This document shows, piece after piece, positions 18,455-28,617 of a stretch of 61,239 nucleotides of DNA. This stretch comes from Dehalococcoidia bacterium UBA1123 (GTDB taxonomy: Bacteria; Chloroflexota; Dehalococcoidia; Lucifugimonadales; UBA1123). Made by a program: the position numbers and the translations under genes. The notes under the pieces were generated by a model. The model saw nothing but the letters and a program-made list of their open reading frames with translations, did no database searches and was not told the DNA's origin. The stretch is taken from assembly GCA_002313895.1 (NCBI GenBank), contig DCAW01000079.1, positions 1-61,239 on the forward strand, given 5' to 3'. Within the stretch, counting starts at the first letter, position 1, and the number at the start of each line of letters is the position of its first letter.

Positions 18455-19717
18455 TTGGCGAAGCGCCCGAATTTTTTGAGCAAATCCAGCGCAAGGCAGG
18501 GGCCTCTACGCGCAAGCGACTTGCTGTGGCTTATCTTGATGTCCGTCATGCTGACTCTGGCTCTGTTGACGTTTTCCAGCTATGTTGCCGCATTGCCACT
18601 GATCCAAGAAGAATGGGATCTCTCCAACACTCAAGCTGGGATGATCTTCTCAGCGTATCTGGCGGGTTACGCGGTTTCAGCCCTTTTTGTGATTCCGCTG
18701 ACAGACCGAATATCTCCTGCGACGGTGTTAACTACTTCGGCGGTTGTGACCGTGGGCGCGAACATCGCGTTTCCATTCGTAGCAAACGATCTGTACTCTG
18801 CATCGGCGCTTAGGGTGATCTCAGGGTTGGGGCTGGTAGGAATCTACATGCCGGGATTGCGGATCATCTCCCAGCGATTTGCTGATTCAGGAAGGGGTGC
18901 GGCGATGGGGTTTTATGTCACAGCGTTTTATGCCGCCAACGCAATCTCGCTCTCCCTGACCGGCGCATTGATGGCCCGTTTTGAATGGCGGGACGCCTTC
19001 ACAATTTTGGCGCTAGTTTCCGCCCTCTGCATCCCGCTAGCGTGTCTCGTGACGCGAAATGAAAAAATCGGCAAGATCTCGACTTCTACGGGCCTGTTAA
19101 ACCTTCGGGCGATCCGAAATCGGACTACCGGAGCGTTCGTCCTCGGCTATTCCCTTCACGCAATGGAGCTATACGCGGTCAGGGTTTGGCTGCCGGGGCT
19201 GTTGGCGGCGGTATTGATAGCAAATGGGGAAGGGACTTACGACGCGACGGTGAAGGCGGCCACCGTGGGCGGCATCGCGCTGGCGGCGGGTTCCGTGGGG
19301 CCGATCATCGGCGGCGTGATTTCGGATCGTTTTGGCAGGGCGCGGACCGCGGCGGCGATTTTCGCCCTCAGTGGACTTTGCTCCTGGGCCATCGGATGGG
19401 CCGGAGGTTTTCCCTGGCCGGTCGTGGTCGGAATCGCGGTTGTGTATGGTTGGGCGATTTCCGCCGACTCGTCGATTTATTCCACCGCTATCACTGAGTC
19501 AGCGAGCGCCGAAGATTTGGGATCAGCGATGGCCTTGCAGGCGTTTTTGGGATTTATGAGCGGGGTCGTTGGCCCGGTCCTGGTCGGAGCCGTGCTGGAT
19601 ATTTTTCCTGAACACATCGAGTGGAAAATGGCGTTTTCTGTAGTGGGGTTGATGGCAGTGGTGTCGATTCCAATTCTGCTGAGAGTGGGCGATCCGAGGC
19701 GGGCCGCCGATGTGTAA
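18455..19717 (+). CDS. MFS transporter
   Basis: 420 aa with about 12 hydrophobic segments and an MFS-like layout. Confidence 0.8.
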   Translation: MAKRPNFLSKSSARQGPLRASDLLWLILMSVMLTLALLTFSSYVAALPLIQEEWDLSNTQAGMIFSAYLAGYAVSALFVIPLTDRISPATVLTTSAVVTVGANIAFPFVANDLYSASALRVISGLGLVGIYMPGLRIISQRFADSGRGAAMGFYVTAFYAANAISLSLTGALMARFEWRDAFTILALVSALCIPLACLVTRNEKIGKISTSTGLLNLRAIRNRTTGAFVLGYSLHAMELYAVRVWLPGLLAAVLIANGEGTYDATVKAATVGGIALAAGSVGPIIGGVISDRFGRARTAAAIFALSGLCSWAIGWAGGFPWPVVVGIAVVYGWAISADSSIYSTAITESASAEDLGSAMALQAFLGFMSGVVGPVLVGAVLDIFPEHIEWKMAFSVVGLMAVVSIPILLRVGDPRRAADV

Positions 19718-19858
19718 ATCTTGAATGCCTGACTGTCCTGACCGATTAATCTGCATCACTTCACGAATCGAATACATCAAAATCAGGCGGCTTCTGATTG
19801 AGAATACCGGCCTTCTAGACTATAATCGAAATCAGACGATCTCTGAGGTACCAAACAT

Positions 19859-20212
19859 ATGGCAATCATTCGCCGCGACGACATAACCATCGACCATTCG
19901 GCCCCAAACACCCATAGACTTACTCTCATCAATGCCGAACTGGGCGCCGGGCATTTGACGGTGGGCGAGTTGGCTATTGACCCCGGCCAAAAGGTTCCCC
20001 TGCACGTCCACGCCACCCACGAAGAAGGCATGTACATCCTAGACGGGCCGATGAACTACACTCTCGGCGACGAGACGGGCGTATTGAACACTGGAGATGT
20101 AATGTTCGCTCCAGCAGGCATCAAACACGACCTAACCAACACCGGCGACGAACCTCGGCGCGTAATGTTCATTTTCCCCACGACTAACATCGTTCGGGAA
20201 GACTTGGACTAG
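19859..20212 (+). CDS. Cupin domain protein
   Basis: 117 aa with cupin motifs G-x5-H-x-H (PLHVHATHEEG) and ...GDVMFAPAGIKHDLTN. Confidence 0.75.
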   Translation: MAIIRRDDITIDHSAPNTHRLTLINAELGAGHLTVGELAIDPGQKVPLHVHATHEEGMYILDGPMNYTLGDETGVLNTGDVMFAPAGIKHDLTNTGDEPRRVMFIFPTTNIVREDLD

Positions 20213-20220
20213 CGGACTGA

Positions 20221-20577
20221 ATGAGAATCTTCTTTTGCCCCGAATGTGGCGGGTACTCCCTCGGCCCAGCTTCTCACTGCGACGAATGCCAGTTTCCGCT
20301 GCCCGAAGATAGTTGGGCTGAAGTCTCCGAAGAGGAACTTACGCAACTCGAATACATAGACGATTTCGAACTCCCTCCAGGCCTGCCATCCTTCGAGTAC
20401 GACGTGATCCGGTTAAAGTCCACCGATGATGACGACGCCGTTCGCTATTCAAACCAGGTTCTGAATCGTATGGGCGAGAGCGGATGGGAACTTGTGAGCA
20501 TCGTTCCATTGGCCGGGGAAGATCATCCCAATTTCGCTGTTTTCAAGAGGTCGTGGATCTCCGAATACGAGGAGTGA
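20221..20577 (+). CDS. Hypothetical protein with an N-terminal zinc ribbon and a DUF4177-like C-terminus
   Basis: CPECG...CDEC zinc-ribbon pattern. The C-terminal ...LNRMGESGWELVSIVP...FAVFKR resembles DUF4177 by recollection. Confidence 0.5.
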   Translation: MRIFFCPECGGYSLGPASHCDECQFPLPEDSWAEVSEEELTQLEYIDDFELPPGLPSFEYDVIRLKSTDDDDAVRYSNQVLNRMGESGWELVSIVPLAGEDHPNFAVFKRSWISEYEE

Positions 20578-20584
20578 GCGAACC

Positions 20585-21283
20585 GTGAACCTCAGCGTCT
20601 TGCCCTTTTCCGCCGTACTATTCGATCTGGACAACACACTTCTCGATCGTGAGGCGGGATTCGAACTGTTTTGCCGTGAGCTTTACCGCACTAACCCAGT
20701 GATGTCCCAGAGCCATTCTGAAGAAGATGCTATTGCGCTGTTGCATAGTTGGGATCAGGGGGGACTCGCATCCACGCCTCTGGTCTGGGAAACCGCTATC
20801 AATCAGTGGCCGGGCATTTTTAAGGACATTGATCAGGCGATGATCGTGTTCCTAGAGATGTTCCCGGCTTTGTTGGTTCTCGATCCTCGGACCCGGAACA
20901 TGCTTGAGGATTTTTCTGATCGAGGCGTTCGCACAGGCATAGTCACCAATGGCGGAACGCCGATGCAGACGGCCAAGATCGAAGAATCCGGACTGGTCGC
21001 CCTGGTTGACTCTTACATGATCTCTGGCTCTTTGGGCGTTCGCAAGCCTGACCCTGTGATATTTCAGGCAGCGCTGGAGAGCATCGGGGCCGTCGCTGGG
21101 CGAACGCTGTTCGTGGGAGACAACGCTGAGCACGATATCGTCGGCGCCTCAGATGTAGGGATGAAAGGCGCGTGGATGAGCCTGAGTAGGCCGTGGCCGC
21201 TTGAAGGAACTGAACCGGATTTCGTGCTGGAGAACGTTTGGGATGTCCGTCAGTTAGTATTTGGAGAAGGCGCCACAGAATGA
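20585..21283 (+). CDS. HAD-superfamily hydrolase
   Basis: VLFDLDNTLLD motif I, IVTNG, RKPDP, and VGDNAEHDI motifs. GTG start. Confidence 0.75.
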   Translation: MNLSVLPFSAVLFDLDNTLLDREAGFELFCRELYRTNPVMSQSHSEEDAIALLHSWDQGGLASTPLVWETAINQWPGIFKDIDQAMIVFLEMFPALLVLDPRTRNMLEDFSDRGVRTGIVTNGGTPMQTAKIEESGLVALVDSYMISGSLGVRKPDPVIFQAALESIGAVAGRTLFVGDNAEHDIVGASDVGMKGAWMSLSRPWPLEGTEPDFVLENVWDVRQLVFGEGATE

Positions 21284-22197
21284 AATTCGGAATGAACCTG
21301 ATAAACTTCGGCCCTGGCTCAAGCCCTGATTCGATGCTCCGGTGGACGACATTCGCCGAGTCGTTAGGGTATGACTTGGTAATGATCTCGGATCACATTG
21401 CCGTGACCCCCGATGTCGAAACCCGCTATCCGGCTCCGTTTTATGATCCGTACACGACGCTGGCATGGTTGGCCGGCCAAACTTCGACAATTGAACTGGG
21501 CACAACCGTCGTAGTCGTCCCATATCGGAGTCCGATTCTAATGGCGCGATTGGGGGCGAACATCGACCAGATGAGCGATGGGAGGTTCATTTTTGGGATC
21601 GGCGTCGGGTGGGCACAGCAGGAGTTTGCTGCTCTCAATGTTGAGTTCGACAAGCGGGGCGCGATGACCGATGAGTACCTCGGCGCCATCAAGACGCTTT
21701 GGACCAATGAACTTGCATCTTACTCAGGCAAATATGTGAGCTTCGAGGATGTCGCCGCCACGCCCATGCCAATTCAATCTCCGCATCCGCCAATATGGGT
21801 CGGCGGCGCCAGCCCTGCGGCGTTCAGACGGACGGTGGAACATGGCGACGGCTGGCACCCAATTCGGCCGAAAGCTGAATGGCTGCGAGACGTAGGAGTT
21901 CCGAAACTTCGCGAGACGGCTGACCGAATGGGAAAACCCATGCCGGCGATCTGCCCTCGCATCAAGTTGAGGCTGACCGACCGCCCGGTTCCTGACGAAG
22001 TTCGCGCGGCGGGCATCGGCACTGTGGATCAAGTGCGCGCCGACCTGGACATCCTCCAGAACTTGGGAGCAGATTACGTCTTGTTTGACACCTACGCCGA
22101 CGATCCTGCCGAGACGGCAACTTACGAATGGGCATGGTCGATGTACATGACCGTGGCCGAAGAGCTTGTTGATTTGTCTTCCGGGAACTTGCGTTAG
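21280..22197 (+). CDS. LLM-class (luciferase-like) probable F420-dependent oxidoreductase
   Basis: MKFGMNLINFGPG...ESLGYDLVMISDHI...IWVGGASPAAFRR shows a luciferase-like monooxygenase pattern. ATGA overlap with the upstream HAD gene. Confidence 0.75.
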   Translation: MKFGMNLINFGPGSSPDSMLRWTTFAESLGYDLVMISDHIAVTPDVETRYPAPFYDPYTTLAWLAGQTSTIELGTTVVVVPYRSPILMARLGANIDQMSDGRFIFGIGVGWAQQEFAALNVEFDKRGAMTDEYLGAIKTLWTNELASYSGKYVSFEDVAATPMPIQSPHPPIWVGGASPAAFRRTVEHGDGWHPIRPKAEWLRDVGVPKLRETADRMGKPMPAICPRIKLRLTDRPVPDEVRAAGIGTVDQVRADLDILQNLGADYVLFDTYADDPAETATYEWAWSMYMTVAEELVDLSSGNLR

Positions 22198-22224
22198 TCT
22201 ACTCCCGTTCGGGTAGTCGAGAAT

Positions 22225-23781
22225 CTATTCAGGTTTGCCACTCAGCCACTCCGCCGCCTTCTCTGCGATCATGATGGTCGTCGCGTTTGTGTTGGCTCGA
22301 ACGACGTCGGGCATCACCGATGCGTCGATCACCCGAAGCCCGTCGATGCCGTGGACTCGAAGGTACTGGTCAACGACAGCCGCAGGATCACACTCAGGCC
22401 CCATCTTGCATGTGCCCGACGAGTGGTGCTGCGTGCCCACATTTTCCAACATCCAGGCGTCCAGAGCGTCGTCGGACGCGAGGTCGGCGTCGGTTGGCGT
22501 CACGCGCCCTGCCAACAAATCCGAAAGCTCTGGCCCCTCGGTTAGTTGGATGCACAGACGTATGGCTCCACGCATTCTTTCGCGGTCCCACGGGTCTGTC
22601 AGGTATCGATAGTTAAGATTCGGGTGCTGGCGAGGGTCTGCGGACACCAGGGTGATCTGCCCAGCAGTTCTGGCCTTTTGGAGCGCCACCGAGAACCCAG
22701 TGTAAGTTTCGCCTTCTGGAATGTCGATGGTCGTGGGGCGATGCTCACTTGTCATGAGGATCGGACTCATCTGCATGTCGTTCTTGTGCGGCGAACCCGG
22801 AGTCGTGTAACGCATGCCAACCTGAATTGCCGGCGCGCCCTCCGGAGGCCCGTCAAGATTGGTTTCGAACAACATGAAACAGGCTGGATGGTCGCGGAGG
22901 TTTTGTCCCACGCCAGGCACGTCCTTCACGAGGGCGATACCGAATTGTTCGAGATGCTGTTTCGGGCCGATACCCGAAAGCATGAGCAATTGCGGCGAGT
23001 TTATCGCGCCGCCGCTCAAAATCACCTCGTCCCCGAAGACCTGAAATACCTCGCCGCCGCTCTCCGCCTCGATGCCGACGGCGCGGTTTTCTTCAAATAG
23101 AATCCTGTGGGCCAGCACGTCGGCTCTTACGGTCAGGTTCAGCCTGTGACGCGCCATCGATAGGTATGTGAGAGACGTGCTCATGCGGATGCCGTCAACA
23201 TTGTTCAATGGGCGAGGGCCGACGCCTGTCGCCTCTGGGTGGTTCTGATCAAGAGCCTCTGGAAAGCCTGCTGCGAGACACGCATCCCAGAATCCGGTCG
23301 GCACTTCCATCAAATCTTCTTTAGCGTATCGCCGCACCGGTATCGGGCCGTCTCCCCCGTGGAAATCGTCGGGGCCGAATGTCAGATCGTTCTCGGATTT
23401 GCGAAAATTTTGCAGAACATTCAGGAACGACCATTCGTCGTTTCCTTGTGCGGCCCATTCGTCGTAATCGTCAGGTATTCCCCGGAAGAAAACCTGGCCG
23501 TTAATCGAACTGGAGCCTCCGGTCAGCTTGCCCCTGGGGAGAGGAAACGGCGGCCTGTCGGGCGTAGCGGTTGCTTCGTAACCCCAGACGCTGGCGTTGG
23601 GGCCATAGGCGGCGTTCCAGACGTCGTTCCCGTACTTGACGTGATCAGGGAGGTCCTCGAAATCAGGGTAATCTGGCCCTGCTTCAAGAAGCAGAACCGA
23701 ACGGTTTGAATCCTCTGTCAATCGCGACGCCAACACGGAGCCTGCCGAGCCTGCGCCAACGATGATTGTGTCGTATTTCAT
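22225..23781 (-). CDS. GMC family oxidoreductase (choline dehydrogenase-like)
   Basis: YDTIIVGAGSAGSVLASRLTED FAD motif, GGSSSINGQVF, and C-terminal HHSSGTCKMG. The start was set at ATG 23781. Confidence 0.85.
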   Translation of the reverse strand: MKYDTIIVGAGSAGSVLASRLTEDSNRSVLLLEAGPDYPDFEDLPDHVKYGNDVWNAAYGPNASVWGYEATATPDRPPFPLPRGKLTGGSSSINGQVFFRGIPDDYDEWAAQGNDEWSFLNVLQNFRKSENDLTFGPDDFHGGDGPIPVRRYAKEDLMEVPTGFWDACLAAGFPEALDQNHPEATGVGPRPLNNVDGIRMSTSLTYLSMARHRLNLTVRADVLAHRILFEENRAVGIEAESGGEVFQVFGDEVILSGGAINSPQLLMLSGIGPKQHLEQFGIALVKDVPGVGQNLRDHPACFMLFETNLDGPPEGAPAIQVGMRYTTPGSPHKNDMQMSPILMTSEHRPTTIDIPEGETYTGFSVALQKARTAGQITLVSADPRQHPNLNYRYLTDPWDRERMRGAIRLCIQLTEGPELSDLLAGRVTPTDADLASDDALDAWMLENVGTQHHSSGTCKMGPECDPAAVVDQYLRVHGIDGLRVIDASVMPDVVRANTNATTIMIAEKAAEWLSGKPE

Positions 23782-23806
23782 GGTATGCCTCAGAAAATTG
23801 TGGGTT

Positions 23807-24316
23807 TCAGTTCTGTTGATTTTCCAAAAGTTTCTTTTCGCGCCAGTCATTGAGAATCTGGTCGTCGTGGGGAAATGGCAACTCGGGGAGAGTATCGACC
23901 GGAAAGAATCGAGCGTCCTGGGCCTCATCTCCAGCCCTCAATACTCCACCGGTCACACGAGCGGCGTATGCGACCAACGCAACCGGACTTCCATTGCTGG
24001 AATACACTCCGAGGAGTCCGGTTGTCTCAACATCGAGGTTCGTTTCCTCTCGCACCTCTCGCACGGCCGCATGCTCCACCGCCTCTCCACGATCTACGTA
24101 GCCGGACGGAAAACTCCAACGCCCAAGCATCGGTTCTATGGCGCGGCGGACGAACAACAAATTGTCGCCGTCCGAGACGAGCACGACAGCCGCAAGCTTC
24201 GGGTCAAAGTAGACCACCATTCCACAAGCAGGACAGGTCGGCCTGCGGGCGCCATTAATCTCCTCCAGCTGGAGAGATTGGCCGCATCTATGGCAATATT
24301 TATGATCTAGTTGCAC
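23807..24316 (-). CDS. NUDIX hydrolase with an N-terminal zinc ribbon
   Basis: CHRCG...CPACG ribbon, and a Nudix box GYVDRGEAVEHAAVREVREETNL. Confidence 0.8.
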   Translation of the reverse strand: MQLDHKYCHRCGQSLQLEEINGARRPTCPACGMVVYFDPKLAAVVLVSDGDNLLFVRRAIEPMLGRWSFPSGYVDRGEAVEHAAVREVREETNLDVETTGLLGVYSSNGSPVALVAYAARVTGGVLRAGDEAQDARFFPVDTLPELPFPHDDQILNDWREKKLLENQQN

Positions 24317-24510
24317 TTTCGCCCTTCGACTGTGTGCCGGCGACTCGAAACTTGGCCCGTATTATAGACTGCCAAACAGTTTTTCGCTGTTCGTGGTTAG
24401 AATCCTTGCCTCGATTGACGTCTGATGGGGGCAAATCTATAATTGCAATCGATTCGTTGTCGGATGCTATCCTTCAGTCAGCACACACAATATGGAACGG
24501 GAGTCGCACA

Positions 24511-25269
24511 TTGGCAGAAATTCGAGAGAACAGGGTCAAACAGAAACTGGGGCGGGGCGAGGTGGCGGTCGTCCTATCTGGAAACACCACGCCGGACATG
24601 GTTGAATTCATGGGCACGCTTGATTTCGACGGCGTATGGGTCGAAGGCGAACACGGCCCGATTGACTTCGCAGACATCCCTGACATCACCCGGGCGTGCG
24701 ATCTGTGGGGGTTGACGTCGGTCGTCCGAGTGAACGCCAACGAACCTGGAACCATCTACCGCACGCTAGACGTGGGCGCTCAGGGCATCGTTGTGCCTCA
24801 TGTGAACACTGCCGACGAAGCCAGAGCAGTAGTTGACGCCTCTAAATTCGCTCCGATTGGTCATCGCGGAATGTTCACGAGCCGGCAAGGGACGGGCGTT
24901 GCCGATTATGTGCACAAGGCCAATGACCACACACTCGTTGTAATTTTGATCGAAGATATTATTGCAGCGAATAATCTCTCTGAAATTCTTGAAGTCGATA
25001 ACATCGACGTGTTTTTCGTCGCTCCGGGAGACCTTGCCCAGAGTATGGGTTTCCTGGGTCAAGTGACTCATCCAGAAGTGCAGTCGGTCATCGACAACGC
25101 GTTCGCGCAGATCAAGGCGGCAGGCCGCACATCTGGGGCGCTGGCGAACGACGCAAACATAGAATCGTATATCGGCCAGGGCGTAACATTTTTCATGACA
25201 GGGTGGGCTCCGTGGGCTGCCGCTGGAGCCAGAAGTTTCTTGGACAAGGTCGCCGGCGCAAGCAGCTAG
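24511..25269 (+). CDS. HpcH/HpaI family aldolase
   Basis: ...RVKQKLGRGEVAVV...FDGVWVEGEHGPID...VVRVNANEP...LDVGAQGIVVPHVNTADEA shows the family pattern. The probable TTG start at 24511 follows GGGAG. The tracked ORF starts 177 nt upstream. Confidence 0.7.
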   Translation: MAEIRENRVKQKLGRGEVAVVLSGNTTPDMVEFMGTLDFDGVWVEGEHGPIDFADIPDITRACDLWGLTSVVRVNANEPGTIYRTLDVGAQGIVVPHVNTADEARAVVDASKFAPIGHRGMFTSRQGTGVADYVHKANDHTLVVILIEDIIAANNLSEILEVDNIDVFFVAPGDLAQSMGFLGQVTHPEVQSVIDNAFAQIKAAGRTSGALANDANIESYIGQGVTFFMTGWAPWAAAGARSFLDKVAGASS

Positions 25270-25284
25270 TTATGGCCTGTCACA

Positions 25285-26553
25285 ATGCGCAGGGTCGTTG
25301 ATATGCCAAGTATCGCTGACGCTTTGCGCTCGACGCTTGGCGCCGCCCAACTTGATGTCGCGCAACGGCTAGCGTCGGCGTGTGAGGAATTGGGGTGCCA
25401 GGCATACATAGTCGGCGGCACGGTCCGGGATGCTTTGCTAGGGTTGCCTGCCGCTGACCTTGACGTGACCGTTGTCTCACCGCCCGATGACTTCCCCAAT
25501 CGCGTCGCGGCATTTCTGGGCGCCAGACTCATCATGGCGTCACAATTTGGCACCGCGAAATTGGAGAAAGAAGGATCAACTCTTGATCTGGTTATGGCGA
25601 GGTCAGAGCGTTACCGATCTCCTGGCGCGCTGCCCGACGTGACAGCGGGTTCACTGGACGATGACCTGACCCGGCGTGACTTTGCGATCAACGCGATGGC
25701 CGCCAGTCTTGACGCTGCCAAATGGGGCGAACTCGTTGACCCTCACGGCGGGCGACGCGACCTCGAACTTGGTCTGGTTCGTGCTTTGCACGAGAGAAGT
25801 TTTCAAGACGACGCTACTCGTATTCTGCGAGCGGCAAGATATGCGTCCAGGTTTGGTTTTCGGTTGGACGCCGAAACAGCCAAGCAAATCGAGCGGTCTG
25901 GTGGGTATCTGGTTTCGATTTCGCCCGACCGTTTCAAGCACGAGCTTGAACGAGTCTTTGAAGAGTCTCGTGTTTCGAGCGCCATCGAATTACTTTCTGA
26001 ATGGGAAATGCTTGGCTTAACAGGCGGTGATTTCGTCTACGATGAAACTTCATGGAGCGGATTCGCTGAAGCATGTGCAGTCGGGTCGAGTGAACGGCGT
26101 CTGGTGGGCTGGGGTGTGTTTTCGCTTTGTTTTCAGACGGTTCGATCCAGCGGGATTGCACTGCGATGGAAACTGGACCACGACGCATCCATGGTGAGCA
26201 TGGACGCATTGAAACTGAGGGAACGCCTTCGAGTTTCGGATCTGAACAATCTGGCTCCCAGCGGTCAGGTAGCCCTGCTTGAAAACTACAGCCCTTATGC
26301 GGTGTTGGCTTTCCAACTGTCGACACGTGATGGCACGACGAACGACGCTCTGGACGAATATCGAACCAAGTTGACATCGATCCGTCCAGACCTTGACGGC
26401 CACGACGTCATCGCCCTGGGCGTGCCACGAGGCCCGCGCGTAGGCGAAGCGCTTCAAATGTTAAAGAATGCCCGACTCGACCGAACTGTGGAGTCCCGGA
26501 ACGACGAGACTCTGTTGGTCAGACAATTTGTCACCAAATTGGATCAGGAATGA
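25285..26553 (+). CDS. cca: CCA-adding enzyme / poly(A) polymerase family tRNA nucleotidyltransferase
   Basis: YIVGGTVRDALLGLPAADLDVTV head-domain motif, RDFAINAMA, and ...DDATRILRAARYASRFGF. Confidence 0.75.
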   Translation: MRRVVDMPSIADALRSTLGAAQLDVAQRLASACEELGCQAYIVGGTVRDALLGLPAADLDVTVVSPPDDFPNRVAAFLGARLIMASQFGTAKLEKEGSTLDLVMARSERYRSPGALPDVTAGSLDDDLTRRDFAINAMAASLDAAKWGELVDPHGGRRDLELGLVRALHERSFQDDATRILRAARYASRFGFRLDAETAKQIERSGGYLVSISPDRFKHELERVFEESRVSSAIELLSEWEMLGLTGGDFVYDETSWSGFAEACAVGSSERRLVGWGVFSLCFQTVRSSGIALRWKLDHDASMVSMDALKLRERLRVSDLNNLAPSGQVALLENYSPYAVLAFQLSTRDGTTNDALDEYRTKLTSIRPDLDGHDVIALGVPRGPRVGEALQMLKNARLDRTVESRNDETLLVRQFVTKLDQE

Positions 26554-26555
26554 CA

Positions 26556-27947
26556 TCAGCCTGTCATGCTTGAGGGGTCAAGAATCTCAACAAGTTGATC
26601 CTCGGTCAGGTCTGTGCGGATCCGGGAAATCTCTTTCACCGTCTTGCCGGTCTCCTGCGCTTCGTGAGCGATTGCGGCTGACGCATCGTATCCGATGTGC
26701 GGGACAAGCGCTGTCACGATTGCCAAACCTCGCTCCACCATGTCGGGCCCTGCAGTGGTGGCTTCCAGCCCGCTGATACACTGCTCGGCCAGATTCTTGG
26801 CCGACGCCGCCAGCAGGTCGATGGACTGGAGCAGGTTGTAGGCGGCAACGGGCATCATAACGTTTATCTCGAAGTTTCCAGACTGGCCGGCAATGGCAAT
26901 GGCGGCGTCGTTTCCGATCACCTGGGCCGCAACTTGGCACACGGATTCTGGAATGACCGGATTAACTTTTCCAGGCATGATCGAGCTTCCGGGTTGCACT
27001 TCAGGCAGCATTATCTCCCCAAATCCGCCCCTTGGCCCCGATCCAATCCAGCGTATGTCGTTCGATATTTTCATCAGGCTGACCGCGATGGTTTTCAGTC
27101 CGCCGCTGGCTGCAACGATGTTGTCCAGAGTGCTTTGCGCCTGGAAGTGGTTGGATGTTTCATGGACGTCCACGCCGAGAATTTCTGAGAGCTTGGCACA
27201 AACACGAGTCGCGAATTCAGGATGGGCGTTGACTCCAGTTCCCACTGCGGTGCCGCCCAGAGCTACTTCTGAAAGCTCGGACGCGGCCGTTTCTGTTCGC
27301 TGGATGCCGCGTTCGATCTGCCCTACGTACCCGAGAAATTCCTGCCCTAGTCTGATCGGCGTGGCGTCTTGCAGATGCGTTCTTCCGGTTTTGATAACGG
27401 ACATGAACTCGTCCGATTTTTTCTCCAGATCACCTTGAAGTTGGCGTAGGGCAGGGATGAGATCGGTGCGTATCGCGCCGAGGGCAGCAATATGAATACA
27501 GGTGGGAATCACGTCGTTGGACGATTGGCCCATGTTGACGTGGTCGTTGGGATGAACAGGCGTGCGGGAGCCTTTTTCGCCTCCAAGAATCTCGATTGCG
27601 CGATTGGATATGACCTCGTTGGCGTTCATATTTGTGGATGTGCCAGAGCCAGTCTGGAATACGTCCACAACGAATTGGTCATCGAACTTGCCGTCGGCGA
27701 CCTCCGTTGCCGCGCTAACTATAGCGTCGGCCAATTTGGAGTCCAACTCTCCTAACTCGACGTTAACCTGTGCTGCCGCCAACTTGGTAGACGCGATAGC
27801 GCGAATGAACGACCGTGGAAATCTCAATTCACTGATGGGGAAATTCAACACCGCGCGCATCGTGTTCGCGCCGTAATACGCGTCTATCGGGACGTCGAAC
27901 TTGCCCATCGAGTCCTGCTCGCGTCGGAATTTAGGCTCTTGTTGCAC
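26556..27947 (-). CDS. fumC: Class II fumarate hydratase
   Basis: 463 aa with the GSSIMPGKVNP signature and an aspartase/fumarase family layout. Confidence 0.92.
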   Translation of the reverse strand: MQQEPKFRREQDSMGKFDVPIDAYYGANTMRAVLNFPISELRFPRSFIRAIASTKLAAAQVNVELGELDSKLADAIVSAATEVADGKFDDQFVVDVFQTGSGTSTNMNANEVISNRAIEILGGEKGSRTPVHPNDHVNMGQSSNDVIPTCIHIAALGAIRTDLIPALRQLQGDLEKKSDEFMSVIKTGRTHLQDATPIRLGQEFLGYVGQIERGIQRTETAASELSEVALGGTAVGTGVNAHPEFATRVCAKLSEILGVDVHETSNHFQAQSTLDNIVAASGGLKTIAVSLMKISNDIRWIGSGPRGGFGEIMLPEVQPGSSIMPGKVNPVIPESVCQVAAQVIGNDAAIAIAGQSGNFEINVMMPVAAYNLLQSIDLLAASAKNLAEQCISGLEATTAGPDMVERGLAIVTALVPHIGYDASAAIAHEAQETGKTVKEISRIRTDLTEDQLVEILDPSSMTG

Positions 27948-27974
27948 TTTCTGGCCCTCCTGAGCTACGGGAAA

Positions 27975-28616
27975 TTAGTTTAGTGATTCAGAAATGAATT
28001 CGGCGACGATGCGGGCAATCTTGGTCTCATGCCCTCGCATGCTGTGGTCCGCGCCTGCAACTTCGGTGAATCTCACCGGCTGCCGCGCTTCGTCTAACTC
28101 TCGCTGGATTTCCACAGAGGAGGCAACCCGATCGTTGCCGCCTGCGATGATGAGCCGAGGCCGTTTGTCGTTCTTGAACTTTCGATTTTTGACAGACTTG
28201 ACGGTGGGCGCAACAAATGCCAGCGCGCGGGCGTGTTTGAATAATTTGAAAGAATCCAGAACCACGGCTGCCCCCAGCGAGTAACCGACGATCGCTAGAT
28301 GCTTTCCATCTACGCCCGGCCACCTCCGCAGCACATCCAGCGCGGTCTTGGCGTCGTGATGTTCTTTTTTGCCATTGGTGAATTCGCCCTGGCTATCACC
28401 CACACCTCGGAAGTTGAACCTCAGCGTCGCCAGGCCAAGGTCGCTTGCCGCCTGGCAGATCTCGACCACCACGGGGTCACTGAAATTTCCACCTAACATC
28501 GGATGCGAATGACACACCGCCACGGCTGGAACGTCGCCACTGATGTCATCGGGAAAGGAGATGATCCCTTCCAGTTCCAGGCGTTTGCTTTGGAATGAAA
28601 TCGCTGATTGTCGCAA
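27975..28616 (-). CDS. Alpha/beta hydrolase (COG2945-like), tandem paralog 2
   Basis: ...CHSHPMLGGNFSDPVV...LRFNFRGVGDSQGEF...VGYSLGA. The likely TTG start at 28616 is directly after the upstream stop. Confidence 0.7.
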   Translation of the reverse strand: MRQSAISFQSKRLELEGIISFPDDISGDVPAVAVCHSHPMLGGNFSDPVVVEICQAASDLGLATLRFNFRGVGDSQGEFTNGKKEHHDAKTALDVLRRWPGVDGKHLAIVGYSLGAAVVLDSFKLFKHARALAFVAPTVKSVKNRKFKNDKRPRLIIAGGNDRVASSVEIQRELDEARQPVRFTEVAGADHSMRGHETKIARIVAEFISESLN

Positions 28617-28617
28617 T

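Noticed and set aside
24334-24510. A 59-codon N-terminal extension of the HpcH/HpaI aldolase ORF
   Set aside because: The extension has no family similarity. TTG 24511 with an upstream GGGAG gives a protein of the usual length of about 250 aa. The start assignment remains uncertain.
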